NCBI RefSeq assembly: GCF_006345805.1
Contig: NC_043001.1
Coordinates: 124,992,001 to 125,056,000, forward strand
DNA: 64,000 nt
Reading direction: 5' to 3'
From: Octopus sinensis
Taxonomy: Eukaryota
The translations under genes were made by a program, and so were the position numbers. Below are positions 13,030 to 23,169 of this stretch, one piece after another. Under the pieces are notes generated by a model. The model saw only the letters and a list, made by a program, of their open reading frames with translations, searched no databases and was not told where the DNA came from. The first letter of the stretch is position 1. Each line of letters opens with the position of its first letter.

Positions 13030-13790
13030 ATGGAAGGAAGCCATCGAGTGGAGCTGAAGGCAGTAGTGCGCAAAGGAACCGTAAAGTGATTACACGGGAT
13101 ATTACACACAGTGATTTAAAAAAAAAAACTTGATGCAGTAGAAAATAACCACATAGCCAAAACATTAAAGCTTGTAATGTCCGCAATAAAAGTAAAAGTA
13201 ATGCTCAACAGGCTGCTCTTTTAACTGCTTGAACCTTATTTTCCACATAGAACCAATGCGACGTTTAAAATAAATTGTTCTTGGACCGAGGGTCAAATTA
13301 GATATAATGTGCTGATAATCACGATGGTAATTTTAAAAACCACAATAACAGTTTGTATAATGATTTTCAGAAAAAGAAAAGTGAAGTTTATTGTGCAAAA
13401 CCTTTTCTGGCAAGTAAAGGTCGGTTTGAAAGTTTTACAAAGTGCTTGAATTTGCACAACTTAAAAAGGATTTGTGAAGCTGCATGTGTTGAAACAGAGT
13501 TTGATACAGAGATAGTTACTAATGATCCGGGACGGCTGAAGAAATTTATTACTAAGGGGGCTACATATTAGAGCAAGTATGAAATGTTGATGAAATTGCA
13601 CTTTTTTGGAAGTATATACCAGCTAGAATTTTCATTCCTTCAGCCAATGGATCAAGATGTGATAACATACTTCAAGGCGTATTATCTGAGAACTTTCAGA
13701 AAACTTATGAATGCAATTGACAGGGAGCATAAACCTACTCTTGGAGACTTTTGGAAGAATTTCAGTATGAGAGATGAAATAAGATGAATA
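13030..13790 (+). mobile_element. Tigger/pogo-like transposase remnant
   Basis: ASKGRFESFTKCLNLHNLK (CENP-B HTH end) and LQPMDQDVITYFKAYY (DDE_1 motif), with many stops. Confidence 0.75.
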
Positions 13791-13865
13791 CCGTAGCTGG
13801 GTCAAGGAATTAAATAAAATTCTTAATTCTGAATGTCCTTTAGAAAAATATATGGCCAGATATAT

Positions 13866-14054
13866 AGGCGCAGGAGTGGCTGTGTGGTAAGTAGCTTGTT
13901 TACCAACCACATGGTTCCGGGTTCAGTCCCACTGCATGGCACCTTGTGTAAGTGTCTTCTACTATAGCCTCGGGCCGACCAAAGCTTTGTGAGTGGATTT
14001 GGTAGACGGAAACTGAAAGAAACCCGTCGTATATATGTATATTATATATATATA

Positions 14055-14135
<81 letters not shown>

Positions 14136-14350
14136 TTGTGCATCCGTGTTTGTCCCCCTAGCATTGCTTGACACCGATGCTGATGTGTTTATGTCCCCGT
14201 CACTTAGCGGTTCGGCAAAAGAGACCGATAGAATAAGTACTGGGCTTACAAAGAATAAGTGCCGGGATCGTGTTGCTCGATTAAAGGCGGTGCTCCAGCA
14301 TGGCCGCAGTCAAATGACTGAAACAAGTAAAAGAGTAAAAGAGTAAAAGA
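13866..14350 (+). mobile_element. SINE family A (tRNA-like head, internal TA/TG microsatellite, (AAGAGTA)n tail)
   Basis: GGAGTGGCTGTGTGGTAAG...GGTTCAGTCCCAC head and ...GACTGAAACAAGTAAAAGAGTA tail. At least 16 copies in the window. Confidence 0.92.
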
Positions 14351-14891
14351 GAGATTGTATCCGTGACTTTACATGTTTTCCACAAGAAGTAAGTCTACAT
14401 CAAATTCAGAAAGATATTGTGACGCCTTCAAATGATGTGGAGTTTGAAGAAATCATTAGAGAATGGTGTGGCTGCGTTGTTAGTGTCCCATAGAGAATGT
14501 TTATCTACCAAGAAACTAAATTCTGTTAGAAAAAGAGCAAGGTGAGAATACAGATGAGAATACAGATGAGAATATGGAAACTCTGTCAACTTCATTTAAA
14601 TTAAATACTAAGAATATTGCTAAAGTGTCTGAAAGTTTTTGCGGATGACAACTCTGTAACATAAAAATTACGAGATAAGGTTACAATGAGCTCAATTTTT
14701 TTAATTGGTTGCGATTTTTTTTATATATATAATTAACTTTTTTTTATTTCCAGTTTTCCCTGTTATAATTTAAGACAGCACGGCCAGGGGACCGTGAAGT
14801 CTTGTATAAAACAAATGGAGAACAGGACCTTTTATGTTGAAAAGAAAGAAAAAGGGAAAGCAAAAATAAATAATAAATAAATAAATAAAAG

Positions 14892-14973
14892 CAAAGCCTT
14901 GTGAGTGGATTTAGTAGACGGAAACTGAAAGAAGCCTGTCGTATATATGTATATATATATATATAATATATAT

Positions 14974-15015
<42 letters not shown>

Positions 15016-15240
15016 GCGTGTGTGTGTTTGTGCGTTGTGTTTGTCCCCCTAGCATTGCTTGACAACCGATGCTGGTGTGTTTATGTCCCCGTCACTTAGC
15101 GGTTCGGCAAAAGGGACCGATAGAATAAGTACTGGGCTTACAAAAGAATAAGTCCTGGGGTCGAGTTGCTCGATTAAAGGCGGTGCTCCAGCATGGCCGC
15201 AGTCAAATGACTGAAACAAGTAAAAGTAAAGTAAAGTAAA
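14892..15240 (+). mobile_element. SINE family A, 5'-truncated
   Basis: Homology to the 13866 copy. Confidence 0.9.
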
Positions 15241-15461
15241 GAGAAGAGAGAACAGAAGGAATAAAAAATAAATAGATGGAATAAAATAAAATAGACTACA
15301 CACTTTTACACATTCGCTCGTCAATCATAAAATCTTAATGCAGTACTACAAGTGACACTAGAGGACTACATACATTTAGAAATCAGTATAGAAATGTATG
15401 TTAACGCCAAGTTTCTATTTCTATTAAGTCAACGTTAATATTTTTTTAGTCGTAAGTATCT

Positions 15462-15838
15462 CTTGCTAACCAACCACATGGTTCCGGGTTCAGTCCCACT
15501 GCGTGGCATCTTGGGCAAGTGTCTTCTGCTATAGACCCGGGCCGACCAATGCCTTGTGAGTGGATTTGGTAGACAAAAACTGAAAGAAGCCTGTCGTATA
15601 TATGTATATATATATGCGTGTGTGTGTCTGTGTTTGTCCCCCTAGCATTGCTTGACAACCGATGCTGGTGTGTTTACGTCCCCGTCACTTAACGGTTCGG
15701 CAAAAGAGACCGATAGAATAAGTACTGGGCTTACAAAGAATAAGTGCCGGTGTCGATTTGCTCGACTAAATGCGGTGCTCCAGCATGGCCGCAGTCAAAT
15801 GACTGAAACAAGTAAAAGAGTAAAAGAGTAAAAGAGTA
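15462..15838 (+). mobile_element. SINE family A
   Basis: Homology to the 13866 copy. Confidence 0.9.
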
Positions 15839-16259
15839 ATGCAAATTTAAATTATGCGATGAGGGAAAGACAACGTTAGTTTGTCAAGTACGGAGAGAAC
15901 TCTGCACCTGTTACAGTATTATTAATTAAATCTAAATAAAATTAAATCCACTTAATTAGCAGTAGTAGCGATGAGATAATTACGGTAGAAATAATAATAT
16001 GCACAGACAGTTATAAAAACTATTGTATTCTAAAAATAGATCATCGCATGACATCATTGACTAGACGCTATTTAAATTAACTGTAGACTAAAACAATACA
16101 TTTGAGTGTTTTCTATTTTGTTTTATTTTTATTTTTGTTTGTTTATGTTTTTGTTTTTTGGTGGGGGTGGTTCACATTTCTAAAAATATAATTTTCCTAA
16201 GTGTAATCGAGAGGCAAGTGATTTGATCTGAGACCATGAATTGAAAGTAAAACAACAAC

Positions 16260-16668
16260 AGCGCAGGAGTGGCTGTGTGGTAAGTAGCTTGCTCACATGG
16301 TTCCGGGTTCAGTCCCACTGCGTGGCATCTTGGGCAAGTGTCTTCTGTTATAGACCCGGGCCGACCAATGCCTTGTGAGTGGATTTGGTAGACGTAAACT
16401 GAAAGAAGCCTGTCGTATATATGTATATATATATATATGTATGTGTGTGTATATGTTTGTATGTCTGTGTTTGTCCCCCTGGCATTGCTTGACAACCGAT
16501 GCTGGTGTGTTAACGTCCCCATCACTTAGCGGTTCGGCAAAAGAGACCGATAGAATAAGTACTGGGCTTACAAAAAGAATAAGTTCTGGGGTCGATTTGC
16601 TCGACTAAAGGCGGTGCTCCAGCATGGCCGCAGTCAAATGACTGAAACAAGTAAAAGAGTAAAGAGTA
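16260..16668 (+). mobile_element. SINE family A
   Basis: Homology; tail-to-tail with the next copy. Confidence 0.9.
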
Positions 16669-16713
16669 ACAGTGTAGAAGATACATATTAGCCATCCAAA
16701 AACGAAAATGATT

Positions 16714-17115
16714 CTCTTTTACTTGTTTCAGTCATTTGACTGCGGCCATGCTGGAGCACCGCCTTTAGTCGAGCAAATCGACCCCGGGACTTATTCTTTG
16801 TATGCCCAGTACTTATTCTATCGGTCTCTTTTGCCGAACCGCTAAGTGACGGGGACGTAAACACACCAACATCGGTTGTCAAGCAATGCTAGGGGGACAA
16901 ACACAGACACACAAACATATACACACACACACACTTATATATATATACATATATACGACAGGCTTCTTTCAGTTTCCGTCTACCAAATCCACTCACAAGG
17001 CATTGGTCGGCCCGGGTCTATAGCAGAAGACACTTGCCCAAGATGCCACGCAGTGGGACTGAACCCGGAACCAAGTGGTTGGTTAGCAAGCTACTTACCA
17101 CACAGCCACTCTTGC
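16714..17115 (-). mobile_element. SINE family A
   Basis: Reverse-complement copy. Confidence 0.9.
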
Positions 17116-17769
17116 TCCTTTTTTTTTTACATTGCTTTCGCGGATTCCTCTGACCCTGTCCAGTTCCATTATTATGAATTTGAATTAGGAGCTTGAGTAA
17201 TTATTAATCTTTCATTTGCTGATAACCTAACCATAGACGCCATCCCTTTCGATGTGTTGCAGATATTCTCTTGATAGAACCTGGTGGCCTTGACCGTTGA
17301 TCTTGTAGAATCCCTCCGCTCAGCATCAATGTAAGAAGCACCCTTGGCTCAGTTGATCTCTTCCCCTACCTTTTCACAATCCGCCATACTGCAGTCCCAT
17401 GACTTCATCGTATTCCTGGCAGGAGAGCTGAATGGGTGCCATGCCTTGCCAATGGGTAGCCCGTAACTATGCAGAGCAATGCCGTCACTCCATGAGGTAT
17501 TTTCAAATTAATTGCATACCCGATTTACGTTAACTACACTTAAAGATTTACTATTTGATATGAAAATTTTCGTCACCCTATTCTGACACTATTCCACTGA
17601 TGAAAATATTGAATAAAATGTAAATGAAAAAAAAATGGTATCACAGGGGCCATGCATACCCTGAACGCAAGGTAAAGTTTTTCGCAAATTATAGTGTGGC
17701 TTACAATGTGTTGCTTACCCATGCTATTTAACTGAAGTGAATTAAGCTTTGTAAGTGTTTGACTAAATT

Positions 17770-18259
17770 TGCTTGTCAAGAAATTTGTAAGTTCGACTTT
17801 TTAAAATGTTTTTTTTTCTTTTTTTAAGTATCACCATTATAGGTATTTATACTCCGGTTAAATTAAGAAATCAACTCGTAAATAAACGAAACCCACGAAT
17901 CCATCACTGTACACACACACAGAGTCGCATATCTGTGTTGTAAAAAGGTACTCACACGTGTCTATGCGCATAGGTACACCATGATCTATACACACGCAGA
18001 CGAGGGTCGATTCGTGTGAAAAAGAAGTGAACAAAATGAAATAATTATAGAAAATATTGCATAGAATTTGAGAAGTGTTTTGAACGTCTTTCGATGATAG
18101 CAGGTGAATCAAACGTACTATATAGTTCGTTGTAGGATATAAATATGACCACTTACTGATTCCAGAAATTTGTAAGTTGGATTTTTTAAAACTTTATTTA
18201 TACTCCGGTGAAAGTAAGAAATCAACTCGTAAATAAACGAAACCCTCGAACCCATCACT

Positions 18260-18322
<63 letters not shown>

Positions 18323-18545
18323 ACACACGCACACAGTCGCATATCTGTGTATGTATTTATGTATGTTTGAAGGTAATCAAACCAAATTTTCATCATTTCG
18401 AGCCACTCACCAAAATAGTATTTCTGCCAAATTTGGTGAAAATCCGTTCTGCCGTTTTCCGGTAATTTTGCAAACACACAGACAGACAAAGACAAGTGGT
18501 TACAATCCCCTGCGCGTGTAAGCGAAAGCAGGGTAACAACACCTT
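17770..18545. mobile_element. Possible DINE-1/Helentron-type non-autonomous element with internal duplication
   Basis: About 170-bp block repeated (about 17778-17940 and 18165-18350), CA microsatellite, AAATTTGGTGAAAATCCGTTC...ACAGACAGAC and a terminal GC stem. Assignment is from recalled motif resemblance only. Confidence 0.4.
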
Positions 18546-18696
18546 TTTTTTTTTTTTTTTACAATCGACTTTTTCTATGTGATTCCAAAATGGAAAGTAC
18601 AAATTAAACACTCCAAATGAAGTTAAAAATCAACTTTTTATTCTGAAGAAAATTCACGTACTCAGAAATATCTTAATTTTTATCTACATATTATCT

Positions 18697-19735
18697 ACAC
18701 GGTTCCGGGTTCAGTCCCACTGCGTGACACCTTGGACATGTATCTTCTATTATAGCCTCGGCCTGACCAAAGCCTTGTGAGGAGATTTGGTAGACGAAAA
18801 CTAAGAGTAGCCCGCCGCGTGTGTGTGTGTGTCTGTATGTGTGTGTGTGTGTATGTGTGTGTGTGTGTGTGTGTGTTTGTGTTTTCCCCCAAACACTGCT
18901 TGACAACTGGTGTTGGTGTTTACGTCTCCATATTTAACGGTTCGGCAAAAGTTACTGATAGAATAAGTACCAGGTTCAAAACAAAAAAAGAAAAGTCTGT
19001 TCATTTGATCAAAAAATTCTTCAAGACGGTGCCCCAGCATGGCCGCAGTCTAATAACTGAAATAAGTAAAAAGAAAAAGTAATTAGAAGTATATTTTCAT
19101 TAAAAAAAATTTAAAACACGGACGCAAGCGTGGCTGTATGGTGAGAAGTTTGTTTCGCAAACCACATGGTTCTGGATTCAGTACCAACACATGGTACCCT
19201 GGGCACGTATCTTCAACTATAGCCCCGAGGCCGACCAAAGCCTTGTGAGTGCTTGATTGACGGAAACTGAAAGAAGCCTATCGTGTGTGTGCGTGTGTGA
19301 ATTTTTTGTTGTTTGTCCCCCACCACAGCTTGACAACTGGAGTTGGCTTGTTCACGTCCCGTAACTTAGCTGGTCGGCAAAAACAACCGAGAGAATAAAT
19401 ACCAGGTCTATAAATAAGTACTGGAGTCGATTTGCTTGACTAACCCTTTAGTATTTAAACCGGCCATATCTGGCCAAAATATTTAATCTATTTTATGTTC
19501 AAACTGACCAGATGCAGGGCTCTCACACCTACCCTACAATGTTATCCTACATTAGGTAATTACACCATCAAGATCTTGAAGATATGAAATAATGCATGAT
19601 TAATTCAAATCAATGGGAATCAATAAGCATTATGTTTGATTGAATGATCAGAACACTAAAGGGCTAAACCCTTCAAGGCGATGCCCCAGCATGGCCGCAC
19701 TCCAATTCGTGAAACAAGTAACCCTAAACGGATAA
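18697..19735 (+). mobile_element. Two diverged SINE family A copies (about 18697-19078 and 19121-19735, the second split by a MITE)
   Basis: Recognisable heads and tails with many substitutions. Confidence 0.75.
19444..19663. mobile_element. piggyBac-like MITE inserted in a SINE
   Basis: CCCTTTAGT...ACTAAAGGG termini with CTAA on both flanks. Related sequences at about 40800-41030, 35866-36820 and 51000-51125. Confidence 0.7.
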
Positions 19736-19916
19736 AAAAAAATCCTTGCCACCGATGTCGTCGTCGTCGTTGTTGTTGTTTAGAACTATGATGAAAACCG
19801 TGGAAGTCTTGACCGTTCCACTTTTTCATTTTTCCAGTTTGTCTTAGAGGGCTTGCTAAAACCATGGGCACAGGCCCGTCGTTTAAACCAGTCCAATATA
19901 AATCGAAAATACAACC

Positions 19917-20139
19917 TATTTCTTTATTACCCACAAGGGGCTAAACATAGAGGGGACAAACAACGACAGACATAGGTATTTAAGTCGATTACATCGACCC
20001 CAGTGCGTAACTAGTACTTAATTTATCGACCCCGAAAGGATGAAAGGTAAAGTCGACCTCGGCGGAATTTGAACTCACAACGTAACGGCAGACGAATCCG
20101 GCTACGCATTTCGCCCGGCGCGCTAACGTTTCTGCCAGC
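19917..20139 (-). mobile_element. SINE family B
   Basis: Full-length reverse copy; 14-bp TSD TCGAAAATACAACC at 19903 and 20140. Confidence 0.9.
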
Positions 20140-20317
20140 TCGAAAATACAACCGCCTGTTGTCCTTCCCTCATCTAAGGTGGGTAAATACGATTTAAGAG
20201 AGGTCTGGCTACTTTTTGTTGCTTGTATTAGCATTCACGAAATGCTTTCCAACGTTTCTGTGACCTCATCACACTATCTCGTTATAATGAATGACACCCT
20301 CTGTTCATTCCAAAAAA

Positions 20318-21006
20318 GGGTACTACTTAAGAAGAGTTAGCTAGTCGTGACTAGTCGTTCTTTACTTTGGGTTTTATTTACTTTGTGGATCTTTTCGGTT
20401 TGAACGGCAGTTTTTCTAGCGGTGTCATATGAAATTGTCACCCATAATTATGACCCTAGTATCGATCTATTGCATTTCAATCTGTTTTAGGGTTAGGGTT
20501 AGGGGTGGGGGAAGGGTATTTTTTTTCTCCAGAAATGTAAATAAACCCAATCTGTTTCTTAAACGAGGGACATATTCATACGGCACAGAATGTTTTCAAC
20601 TCAATAGACGTCATTGATTGGTTGAGATTGCAGAAATTGAAGAAAAGAAAACAACAAATATCTTACAAACTATAGAATTTTCTCAATAAAGCTAAGAGAA
20701 AAAGACGTTTTATAAACAGATTCTACCAGTATACGAAGTTTAAAAGTGTTTAGTTTCGTGGAAATTATTTTTAAAAACTGCCGTTCAAACCGAAAAGATC
20801 CTACTTTGTTTAAAAGAATTATTTACCTTGTTTTTGTGTTTTATTTACTGTTTTAAAAAAATTATTTAGTTTGTGTAAAAAAATTATTTTATGCTTTATT
20901 TACTTTGCTAGGTAGTCGTTGTAGGATCGACTAGTCACGACTAGCTAGCGCGGATGCGCGAATACTCGAGTGCGCGCACCGGGACCACGCTTCTTAAGTA
21001 GTACCC
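20318..21006. mobile_element. Outer MITE (17-bp TIR GGGTACTACTTAAGAAG)
   Basis: Perfect TIRs at 20318-20334 and 20990-21006, plus a subterminal inverted block AGCTAGTCGTGACTAGTCG / CGACTAGTCACGACTAGCT. A-rich flanks. Superfamily not assignable. Confidence 0.75.
20387..20801. mobile_element. Inner MITE with 29-bp TIR and 8-bp TSD
   Basis: TIR GGATCTTTTCGGTTTGAACGGCAGTTTTT at both ends; TSD TACTTTGT at 20379-20386 and 20802-20809. An 8-bp TSD with a GG terminus suggests Merlin or hAT. Confidence 0.88.
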
Positions 21007-21281
21007 AAAAGAGAAATCATAACCTCCAGAAGAAAATGTCCTAAATACTTTTATATCCTCTTTCCACATTCTTCCGTTTGGGGAACAAAAACGTTGATAT
21101 TTTTCGTCATTTGTGTTATTCAAAATTTAAAACCCTGCGACACTTAACTGTTACTCACAATACCCTAGAGCAGTGTTTATCAACCATTTTTTTTAACCAA
21201 CGGACCCCTCTGATTTCTATTTTACTTGGACGGATCCTCCTAACCATTCGATCTTTTTAAAAAATATAATATAACTAAATA

Positions 21282-21555
21282 TTCGATTCACTTCAACATT
21301 TAAGTTTAATTTGTCAAAATATTTTCGTCGCTTTAAGACCGCGACCTGTTCGCAGCACGGATTTTTGTCAGTGAACAGGTCGCGGTCTTAAAGCGACGAA
21401 AATATTTTGACAAATTAAACTTAAATGTTAAAGTGAATCGAACAGCTTTTGTGTGTTTCTTAAATGGCTTACAAACACCTTCCACGCTGCAATTGTTTTC
21501 GTTTCAGCACACGATCTCAGATCAAATCACTTGCTATGCAAGTACATCTCCGTAA
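21282..21555 (+). mobile_element. Penelope-like fold-back remnant
   Basis: 70-bp inverted arms (21282-21351 / 21373-21442, one mismatch), a one-sided tail and a hammerhead motif. Confidence 0.65.
21364..21414 (+). ncRNA. Minimal type-I hammerhead motif with G3-C8 core swap
   Basis: TTTGTCA-GTGAACA-G-GTCGC[GGTCTTAAA]GCGAC-GAA-AATATT-T-TGACAAA. Stem I 7 bp, stem II 5 bp, palindromic stem III. Confidence 0.65.
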
Positions 21556-21570
21556 TTAAATATTAACAAG

Positions 21571-21629
21571 ACAAGCTGTGGTGCACCTGAGCACTGTATA
21601 CAATAATTTCATTATTATTATTATTATAT
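21571..21629 (+). mobile_element. CR1-type LINE extreme 3' tail
   Basis: GTGGTGCACCTGAGCACTGTATACAATAATTTC(ATT)n, the same tail as the other CR1 copies. Confidence 0.85.
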
Positions 21630-21779
21630 AAGACCTGTTTTAAAAAAAATTTGTTAAAATATATTGTGTATTGTAGAAGTATAACCAATTTACTGCATTA
21701 AATTTTAACAACAAAATCTTATATGGACCCCGAATGGGAACACTTGTTAGAAAAACAGGACAGCCTTGCTCTACTCTGA

Positions 21780-22131
21780 AACGCCTAATTAGTGTTAGTG
21801 CGTGTTAAACAATTAAGGGTTAATGTTCTTTAACCGGACGTTGATATCAGTTGGAACACGCATGCGTTACTCAGCAGCAGTAGACATGACTGGCGTTGTC
21901 TCTAATGGACAACGATATCATCAATCGTTAGAACGGATGTGTTTATGTGTATATATGTCGATCCCGTCCCTCTTGTTTAAATAACCGTAACTGTAACTCC
22001 CGTAAGAACTCCCCCAGTCGTTTACCCAAAGCAGAACAGGCCTGTTGATAGGCCGAATTCGTCTTTCTTCGATGCCTGACTCGTCTTTCTGTTAACCCAA
22101 CCATTCTGAAAAAAAACACTTCAATCACACG
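21780..22131 (+). promoter_or_regulatory. Probable BORCS6 promoter / 5'UTR
   Basis: Unique, CpG-retaining sequence between the TE stack and ATG 22132. Contains the palindrome ACGCATGCGT (NRF1-like) at about 21858. The TSS cannot be determined from sequence. Confidence 0.4.
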
Positions 22132-22163
22132 ATGGCATCTTCGGCCTTGCTTACACAGAATCA
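22132..22163 (+). CDS. BORCS6: BORCS6 coding exon 1 (MASSALLTQN + 2 nt)
   Basis: ATG at 22132, then 32 nt to a strong GTGAGT donor at 22164. The phase-2 CA joins the G at 30069 to make CAG and keeps the exon 2 frame open. Not in the ORF track because it is too short. Confidence 0.75.
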
Positions 22164-23124
22164 GTGAGTTTACTTTTCAAAATTCATCGATTAATTACAA
22201 TGTAAATTGTTTTTTTTCCTACCTTAACATTTACATATATATGGATTAATACGCACACACATGTAATTATATGGATTACTGTATACACACACATATATAC
22301 ATCATATGTGTGTGTGTATCTTCACATTCACATTATAAATACACTTTTATAAATGACTATTGATTTTTACATGTCGATTACCTATCAATATTTTTACACG
22401 AAGTCATTGTCAAATTGTTCCAATATGAACATTATTATTTAAAGTTGTATTTTTTAAAAATTCTGTTTACGATTTTTTTAAAATTATTATTGCTATTATA
22501 TGTTGGTTTATAACATACTCAAAGTCGCATATTTTGTAGAAAGGGATATAGTTTATTATTCTATCCTCAGTAAGTCACTGGTACTTTATTTTATCGAACC
22601 CCTTTGAAGGATGGAAGGTAAAAGTGGGCGGAATTTTGGAATAATCTTATACTTCATTGAAAAGAATATATATACGGAAGTGGTGGGTTGTTAAAAAATA
22701 AATTAATTTATGGACAAAAACTTTTTTTTTTTTCCAGGATCGTATTTCCGTTGTATTAAACTTAGGAACCCCAAAATAAAATTTAGAAAAATGAAAACGA
22801 ATGGGGGGTGAGGATACCCTTTTTATTTCTTAGGAAGTATGGGACTTCGAAGTTACAGCTATTCCAAAACTCCACCCGTAATTGGTTGTGGTTTAGCAAA
22901 CGTTATCTAAACCATAGTAAATATCAGCTCAGCGGGTTTCGTTTTAATACAAAATATTTAAAGATAACAAGTGTTATCGCATTTCATTCCTGTTTAGCGA
23001 AGTTAAATTATTGGAACTGCTATGTTTGAAACACATCTCTAAAAACCCTTTGCATGATGGATCGTGTCCTTTAATGTTTGATTTCGTTCCACTTATTCTG
23101 AGTCACTCCATCCTATCAAACGCC

Positions 23125-23169
<45 letters not shown>

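Larger units (their letters stand above)
21168..21760. mobile_element. hAT-like MITE split by a Penelope-like remnant and a CR1 tail
   Basis: CAGTGTTTATCAACC start; similar sequence at about 45230-45330 (reverse) and 54865-54970. Resumes after 21630. Confidence 0.55.

Noticed and set aside
20486-20505. Interstitial telomere
   Set aside because: Only two to three TTAGGG units, inside a MITE.
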